This document shows positions 55,640 to 64,000 of a DNA stretch of 64,000 bases, piece by piece. The translations under genes were made by a program, and so were the position numbers. Source of the stretch: Octopus vulgaris (lineage: Eukaryota). The notes under the pieces are model-generated. The model saw only the letters and a list, made by a program, of their open reading frames with translations, did not search any database and was not told the origin of the DNA. Position 1 is the first letter of the stretch. Each line of letters opens with the position of its first letter. Location: positions 40,858,001-40,922,000 of the forward strand of contig OX597831.1 of assembly GCA_951406725.2 (NCBI GenBank), in the 5' to 3' direction.

Positions 55640-56478
55640 ATGTATGTGCGTGTATGCATATATGTATGTATGTATGTAATGTATGTATGTATGTATGTAT
55701 GTATGTATGTATGTATTTATGTAAGCATGCATGTATGAATGTATGTATGTATGCATGTATGTATGTATGCATTTATGTATGTATGTATGTATGTATGTAT
55801 GTATGCATGTATGTATATATGTATGCATGTATGTATGCATGATTCTATGTGTGCATGCATATATGTACCTACGTATGTATGTATCTATGTATGTATGCCT
55901 GTATGTATGTATACATGTAAGTATGTATGCATTTATGTATGTGTGTATGCACGTATGTATGTTTGTATTTATGTATGCATGTATGTATGTATATATGCAC
56001 GTATGTATATGTGTATGTATGCATGCATGTATGTACATATGTATGCATGTATTTACATATACATGCATGTATGTATATATGTATGTATTCATGTATATAT
56101 TATGTAAGCATACATGTATGCATGTACGTATGTATACTTGTATGTTTGCATGTATGTATATGTGTATGTATGCATGCATGTATGTAGATATGTATGTACA
56201 TATGTATGCATGTATGCATGTATGTATACATGTATGTATGCATATATGTATGTGTGTATGCACGTATGTATGTTTGTATTTATGTATGTATGTATATATG
56301 TATGTATGTATGCATGTATGTATGTATATGTGTATGTATGCATGCATGTACATATGTATGCATGTATTTATATATGTATATATTTATATATGTATGTAAG
56401 TATGCATGTATGTATAGATTTATGCATACATGTATGTACGAACGTACTTACATATGTATGCATGCATATATGTATGAA

Positions 56479-56480
<2 letters not shown>
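55640..56480. repeat. Degenerate (TATG/CATG)n field with internal higher-order duplication
   Basis: TGTGTATGCACGTATGTATGTTTGTATTTATGTATG recurs at about 55940 and 56252. Confidence 0.9.
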
Positions 56481-56523
<43 letters not shown>

Positions 56524-56932
56524 GTCATGTGTAATTTCAGGTAAAGATTTGTTCATGAATATTCTATAGTGAAAATTCAACATAATGTATCATTTTTTTA
56601 ATAATTATTATATTATTTTATTTATTTATTTATTTATTCATACATTCATTCATTCATATTACAGGCGCAGGCATGGCAGTGTCGTAAGACGGTTGCTTCC
56701 ATAATCAAATGGTCTCAGTTCCGTGTTCAGTTCCACTGCGTGGCGTCTTCTATTATAGCTCCAGGCCGACCTTGTGAATCGTCTTGTGTGTATGTGTGTG
56801 TGTGCGAATGTATGTGTCTGTAGATATACATATGTATGTGTATTTATATACATATATATATACATAAAAGTATATTTTTATGCATATATATAATATATGT
56901 ATGTATATATATGTACATATATGTATATATAT

Positions 56933-56965
<33 letters not shown>

Positions 56966-57181
56966 TAGGTATATATAGATATATATATGTATGTATACAT
57001 GTGTATATATAAGCATATAAGTATGTATATATACATCTATATTATATATGTATGTATATATATGTGTATATATATATGTGTGTGTATATATGTAAATATA
57101 TAGATATATATATGTATACTAGTATATATAAATATATAGATAGATAGACATACATACAGACAGACAGACAGACAGACAGAC

Positions 57182-57267
<86 letters not shown>

Positions 57268-57334
57268 GTAGGTAGATATAGCTTACATACTCATTCATAA
57301 ATAGGATCAACGAGAAAAGCTAGCGATAAATGTT

Positions 57335-58410
57335 TGAGTTCTTCTCTACGAAAGAAATATTTGATAAAGTAGCTCCCTGCTATAATAATGCCTTAGATAA
57401 CTGCAATTTCAAAGAAAAGATATCTTACCACTTCTTCGATTGATAATAAAAGTAAAACTAGAAATAGAGTGGGAAAAATGTGGTTCGTCCCTCCTTTGTT
57501 TTTGAATGTTAAAACTAAGATAGGCAAAATATTCCAGGCATTATGAGATAAGTATTTCCAAAAAACCATAAATGCATTTTTAATATACGTTTGGTAAAAA
57601 AATTCATACATTTCCTGCCCCAATATGAAGGATATAGCCACACCAAGAGTACACTCTTAGCTGTAACTGCCGAGCGCCTGAAGCTTGCCCATTCGATCAG
57701 ATATACATGGAAATCCAAAAGAAAATCTACATATGTTTATGCGAAGGCACTTTTAATAAAAGAAACGCAAACCACTTCTCTTTCCGAGACATGGGCAACA
57801 ATAAAGCTACAAAGTTGGCTAACCATATGTGAAAGGGGATAACCAGCTGCAATTAAGTGGAGCATCGTCAGAAATCAACTCTCTATATAAATTAATCAAG
57901 GAGATTCCAGTTATGTGTACCCGAAAGATCTCACATTTTTTTTAGATCTAAGAATTCTACCACGACTACTTAATTCCAGCTCTGAAATAAATAGTAAATG
58001 CAGGCATGTAGACAAATTTCGTTTGTCAAACCGGAGGACAGTATCCTCTCTTGATTGAGCATGCTATTTCATAGACTTTGACTTCTATCCCGTTGAATTA
58101 TTCTACACTTGCTATATCAACTCTGATTTCAAGAGATAAAGGGGACTCAAATTTTGATTTTTCTTTCCACTCTTTTTCCGTTTTTATTTAACTTTTATTG
58201 TGTCTTTACTCTTTTTCTCATTCCACTTTTTGCATTCACCTTCTCCCATTTTTCATGTTTTCTCATATACCAGTGCCCTTTCTCAGCTTTTCGAATAAAA
58301 TCAACCAAGTTGTGTTTTGAGCTTGAAGGATTACTTCAAGACACAAAGCATGATACATAAATCTGATGATTTATACTGTATCTCCACAGTATGAAACTGT
58401 TGGTAACTCC
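57335..58410 (+). mobile_element. Penelope-like element remnant (RT thumb/linker, GIY-YIG, 3' pLTR)
   Basis: FDKVAPCYNNALDNCNFKEKISY..MWFVPPLFLNVKTKIGKIF..DKYF; CEGTFNKRNANH; IKWSIV; LNSSSEINSKCRHVDKF; hammerhead-like CTGATGA..ATACTGT/ACAGTAT-GAAAC at 58363-58397. Confidence 0.8.
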
Positions 58411-58705
58411 TATTTAAATACTACGTATATTGATTTCAAATTTTAGTCACAAGGCCAGCAATTTCGGAGAACGGTGCAAGTCAATTACATCGACCCCAGT
58501 CCTCAGATGGAACATATTTTATCGACCTCGAAAGGATGAAAGGTAAAGGCGACCTCAGGGAAACTTGATCCCAGAACGTAAAGACGGACGAAATGCCAGT
58601 AAGCATTTTGTCCGGCGTGCTAACGACTGTGCCATCTCACTGCCTTAAATATTACGTATATTAATTATGTATGTATGCATGTACGTATGTACGTATGTAT
58701 GTATG

Positions 58706-58912
58706 TACGAGGGGTGCTGAAAAGTTCCTGGTTTTGGGTAAAAGAAAATACAGTGGGGATCAGTAAGTTATGATTTTATTCAACATGATTCCCTCTCAGA
58801 TTCGCACACTTATCGCGGCGGTCCTTCAGTTTTTCTAAGCCCTAAAGAACTCGGAATGCTGGGCCTTTTCGAGAAACCCTTCAAGCTAAGAACTTTTCAG
58901 CACCTTTTTGTA
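58706..58912. mobile_element. Mariner-type MITE copy
   Basis: TACGAGGGGTGCTGAAAAGTTCCTGG ... GAACTTTTCAGCACC..TA. Confidence 0.8.
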
Positions 58913-58931
58913 TGTGTGTATGTACGTATGT

Positions 58932-59251
58932 GAAGGCGCATGGTTCAATGGTTAGAGCGTCGAGCTTACAATCGTGAGGTTGTGAGTTCGAATCCCGGAC
59001 CGAGAAAGACACTTTATTTCACGTTGCTCCACTTCACTCTGCTGTAGAAATGAGTTGCGACGTCACAGGTGCCAAACTGTATCAGCCTTTGCCTTTCCCT
59101 TGGATAACACCGGTGGCGTTGAGAGGGGAGGCTGGCATGCATAGGCGACTGCTGGTCTTCCATAAAAAAAACAACCTTGCCCGGACTTGTGCCTGGGAGG
59201 GTAACTTTCTAGGTGCAATCCAATGGTCAGTCATGACCGAAGGGGGTCTCA
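58932..59251 (+). mobile_element. SINE-D with internal deletion
   Basis: Matches 44849-45183. Confidence 0.88.
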
Positions 59252-59387
59252 AAATGTACGTATGTATGTGTTTTGTCAATAGTCATATACTTACGTCGAT
59301 ACATCTGTACATCTCTACGTCTTCGTATTTATGCTTCTGGGTGGGGTTTCTTTTATCTGTAACGCTGTCTATATATACATATTTGAG

Positions 59388-59798
59388 GGCGGCGTGCTGA
59401 CATATTCGTTAGCACGCCGGGCGAAATGCTTAGCGGTATTTCGTCTGCCGTTACGTTCTGAGTTCAAGTTCCGCCGAGGTCGACTTTGCCTTTCATCCTT
59501 TCGGGGTCGATTAAATAAGTGCCAGTTACGCACTGGGGTCGATATAATCGACTTGTTCATTTGTCTGTTCTTGTTTGTCCTCTCTGTGTTTAACCCCTTG
59601 TGGGTAGTAAAGGAATAGAAATAGGTATTTCGTCTGTCGTTACGTTCTGAGTTCAAATTCCGCCGAGGTTGATTTTGCCCTTCATCCTTTCGGGGTCGAT
59701 TAAATAAGTACCAGTTACGCACTGGGAGTCGATGTAGTCGACTTAATCCCTCTGTCTGTCCTTCTTTGTCCCCTCTATGTTTAGCCCCCTGTGGGCAC
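59388..59798 (+). mobile_element. SINE-A dimer
   Basis: Monomer 1 + GGTATTTCGTCTGTC + monomer 2; shares diagnostic variants with 20343-20752. Confidence 0.9.
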
Positions 59799-60069
59799 AC
59801 GTATTCGTGTGTGTGAGAAAGAGAGAGAGAGAGAGTGTGTGTGTGAGTGTGTGTGTGTGTGTGTGTGCGTGTGTATGTGTGTGTGTGTGTGCGTGCCTGC
59901 ATACGTACGCGCATATCTGTGTGCGTCTGTGTGTGTGATATAAACATAGATCAATATACCTGAGTTTGTGCATGTATATGTGTATGTATGTTTATATGTA
60001 TGTCTGTGCGTATGTATGCATGCATGTATGGTGTGTGCATCTATCTATGTATGCAATCATATATATATA

Positions 60070-60500
<431 letters not shown>

Positions 60501-61029
60501 ACTCACACACTTATACATATATGTATACATATGTGTGGTTGTGTGTGTGCTCTGCGTGTGTGTTAGTACGATGTATAAATATACGTAAGCAAGAATGTAT
60601 GTTTGTATGTATGAGTTTGTATTACGTATGCATTTGTGTCCGTGTTTGTATATGTGTGTCTGTGTGCATGATTGTTTGTACTGTGGACAACTATACACAT
60701 AAGCAAACGAATGCTAACAATAAAAAACGAGTATAAAAGTATTCGTTCCAAGATTAAATTTAACCATCAGTTGATAGCAATCTTTTCTTTTACTTTCAAC
60801 AGACATCAATTTCCTGTTGGCTAGTCTTTTACAATGACCATCAACAAATTGTATATATTTTCGCACTTAATTCTATAATAGTTTTTCAAAACATTTCATT
60901 AAGACATAATTGATGACACGAGAATATAATTAACAGCACGGGTACATTAGGATAGTGGATGATATGTATATATGATATATTATATATACATTTTTTATAT
61001 ATCTAATGTAGTATATTTAATATATATTC

Positions 61030-61700
61030 ACTAACGTTCGCATGCCGGTCGAAATGCTTAGCAGTATTTCGTCTGTCTTTATGTTCTGGGTCCAAATTCC
61101 GCCGAGGTCGACTTTGCCATTCAACCTTTCGAGGTCGATAAACTAAGTACAAGATGAGTACTGGTGTCGATCTAATCGACTGGCCCCCTCCCCCAAAATT
61201 TCGGGCCTTGTCCCTAGTGTACAAAAGATTACATATACGATTTATATATATTTAATATAGTATATTTAACATATATTCGCTAAGGCGGTGAGCTGGCAGA
61301 AACGTTAGCACGGCGGGCGAAATACTTAGGTGTATTTCGTGTGTCTTCTCGTTCTGAGTTCAAATTCCGCCGAGGTCGACTTTGCCTTTCATCCTTTCGG
61401 GGTCGATAAATTAAGTACCAGTTGCGGAGTGGTATCGATCTTGTTGACTGGCTCGCTCGCCAAAAATTTCTGGCCTTTTGCCTAAAGTAGAAAAGAATAT
61501 AATTGCTTTAGTTATTTGACTGCGGCCATGCTGGAGCACCGCCTTTAGTCGAATAAATCGACTCCAGGACTTATTCCTTGTAAGCCTACTAGTTATTCTA
61601 TTGGTCTCTTTTGCCGAACAGCTAAGTTACGGGGCGTAAACATACCAGCCTCGGTCGACAAGTGATAGGGGTGGGGACAAACATAGACACGCATACGTAA
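61030..61700. mobile_element. Two tandem SINE-A copies (+, alternative tail) followed by a SINE-B 3' half (-)
   Basis: 61035-61230 and 61283-61500 end in CAAAA(A)TTTC(G/T)GGCCTT..AAAAGA; 61505-61700 is SINE-B. Confidence 0.8.
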
Positions 61701-61732
61701 ATAAAATACATATACATATACATACATATATC

Positions 61733-61788
<56 letters not shown>

Positions 61789-62269
61789 TATATATATATA
61801 TAAGAGAACAAGGTGTACGTACGCCGCAATAATATATACGTATAAAAAATATATATAAAAATACAAAATGGGACAAGAACGCAAAACATTCAAATAGACG
61901 ACACAAATGTCCTGAATGTCCTGAAAAAGGGATCTTCTCCCCGAAATATAGAAATACAAGGTAAAACTGCAAATTCGTGCTGTTTATACTTTTCATTGTG
62001 TAGTTTACTTTGTACCTTTCTCGTATCGTTCCGGCTTTACACAACTACATTCTTTAAAGTTATAGCTCACAATGTTTCACAAAATCCACCTCAAATGTGT
62101 GTGTGTGTGTGTGTGTGTCTATATATATAAAATCTCATTTAACATGCACAGTATTAAAATGCCAAGTACTAATAGTTTATTACTTGAAGATGCGGTTTGT
62201 ATAACATGCCTGGTGTCTCCAAGTATTCTGCGGACTCTGGGCACATGGTCTAATCAAGACGCTGGTACA

Positions 62270-62715
62270 AGAAAAGTCACGAGAAAAAACATCGTATATA
62301 ACGCAGAAGTAACAGCAACGCTTCAAGATAACCTAACCGAAAGGAAAAATTACATCTGATTATGGGAAGGCGACTTCAAACGACATTATGCAAACCACCT
62401 ATCTTCTTTCCAATACATCGACAAAAGTAAAACCACTAAGTTGACTGCAAAGACCAACTGCACACCACAAACAATCAAATGGAGAATTGTAGAGAAATCT
62501 ATGTCATATGTTAATGGGTCTAAGAAATGCAACTTACGAGTAGCTGAAAGATCCTATATTCTTTTTAGATCTAAGAAGTCCACTGCACTACTGAATTCCA
62601 GATCCGAAATTTTCAGCGTATGTAAACATATAGACAAATTTCTTTTGGCAAACAAGAAGACCGCACCATCTCTGATGATTTCAAAATACGAAGAAACACG
62701 ACTGAGTTGTCAGGT
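62270..62715 (+). mobile_element. Penelope-like GIY-YIG endonuclease remnant
   Basis: NIVYNAEV..RKNYI*LWEGDFKRHYANHLSSF..IKWRIVEKSMSYVNGSKKCNL..LLNSRSEIFSVCKHIDKFLL; CTGATGA..GAAAC immediately downstream (62672-62697). Confidence 0.85.
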
Positions 62716-63905
62716 TCTTTGTATACATAAACAAATATATCCCCACTACTGTTTGGTATGTAGAGAGGCGTCACTTAGGGATAGCGTGACGCATTTATGA
62801 TCGTAAGATAGTGGTTTCGATTTCTGGAGCTGCTGGGGAGCAGCTGTGTTTTTCAGCAACACACTTCATTTCAAGCTGCTCCAACCCACTCAGCTTGCAA
62901 AAATAAGTCATTCTGTGGCACCCTACTCAGATGGGAAATATATGTTACAGAATCTAGGAAATCGGTCTTAGGAGCCTATGGTTCAGGGAGAACCATTGAT
63001 TCTTTGGAACTTGTCTTTTCAGAAATAAAGGATTTTAGGGGATTCTACAATACATAGTGGTTCGCCCAAATTAGAAGAGTGTCGTTTTGTACATATAAAT
63101 ATTTTATGTGTGTGTGCGTGCGCGTGTGCATGTGTGCGTGCGCGTGTGCATGTGTGTGTGGGTGGGTGTTTGTACGCGTGCGTGCGTGTTTGTGCATATG
63201 CTTGTGCGCGCGCATGCGTGTGTTACGTGGTGGTGTGTCGCAAACGGTCCCTTTTCTAGTCACTCTTCGAAAAATCGTTTTATTTTTATAGATAGAATGC
63301 GGCTCAGAAAGCCACTTGACGTATATGCGTATCTAGTGAGTTGTGTATGTATAAATATATACGTATACATATCTGTCTACGCACGTATATATATATATAT
63401 ATATATACGAATATATACATGGTTCCGGGTGTTCTTCCATTTTCCAAGAAACCAAACAAAATCTGTGCGTAAGCATGTGTCAGTTCTTACATGAGACTCC
63501 TTATGTACGTATGCATTTCTTTTTTGCATTCATGAGTAGGTGCGTTTGTGATTGCATGGGTGAGTGTGCGTGTATGTGTGCATGTGTGTGTGTGCGTGTG
63601 TAATCTCCCGCGAAATCCAAGGAAAGCTTATAAAACTTCCATCCATTAGCGTTACTTTCGTAGAAAATGTGATTGTCCTTAAATAACATGGACTATTTTT
63701 TTGTTAGAACTTTTATTGCATATGTCTCTCTATTACACGCTTCTCTTTCTCTTCCTCAACCTTTCCCCCCCTCTCTCACTATGTATCTATCTCTCCTTAT
63801 TCTTTCTATTTTTATATATATGTATATATATATATACATACATATATATATGCATATATATATACATATATACCTACATATATATATGCATATATATACA
63901 TATAT

Positions 63906-63953
<48 letters not shown>

Positions 63954-64000
63954 TATATTCGTACATATATATATATATATATATGCATATGTATATGTAT

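Noticed and set aside
56530-56548. Recursive splice site TTTCAG|GTAAAG
   Set aside because: No polypyrimidine tract; expected by chance in 64 kb.

Overview
This is AT-rich, repeat-saturated animal genomic DNA, probably intronic or intergenic sequence from an octopus or another coleoid cephalopod. That assignment is inferred from the SINE families, the extreme microsatellite density and a GC-rich 18S V4 fragment; it was not checked by search. No intact protein-coding gene is present, and almost all long ORFs in the track are microsatellite artefacts. The window contains: (i) four tRNA-derived SINE families, labelled A-D here; (ii) decayed non-LTR retrotransposons, namely several R4/Dong-type RLE elements mostly in (TAA)n plus HERO-like, RTE, CR1-like and probable L1/Tx1-like pieces; (iii) Penelope-like (GIY-YIG) remnants; (iv) a non-autonomous Helitron and a mariner-type MITE. 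Highlights: about ten minimal type-I hammerhead ribozyme motifs from several unrelated sequence families, three with canonical cores, some in Penelope pseudo-LTRs and some in short non-coding repeats; a SINE-inside-SINE composite whose origin and later mobilisation are both recorded by target-site duplications; two SINE/LINE shared 3' tails visible within the window; a non-coding (TAA)n-targeting element; an 18S rRNA fragment captured inside a SINE; a 23-bp minisatellite born from a SINE core; several local templated or inverted duplications; and a few candidate host exons. Coordinates were read by eye, so edges of degraded repeats are approximate.
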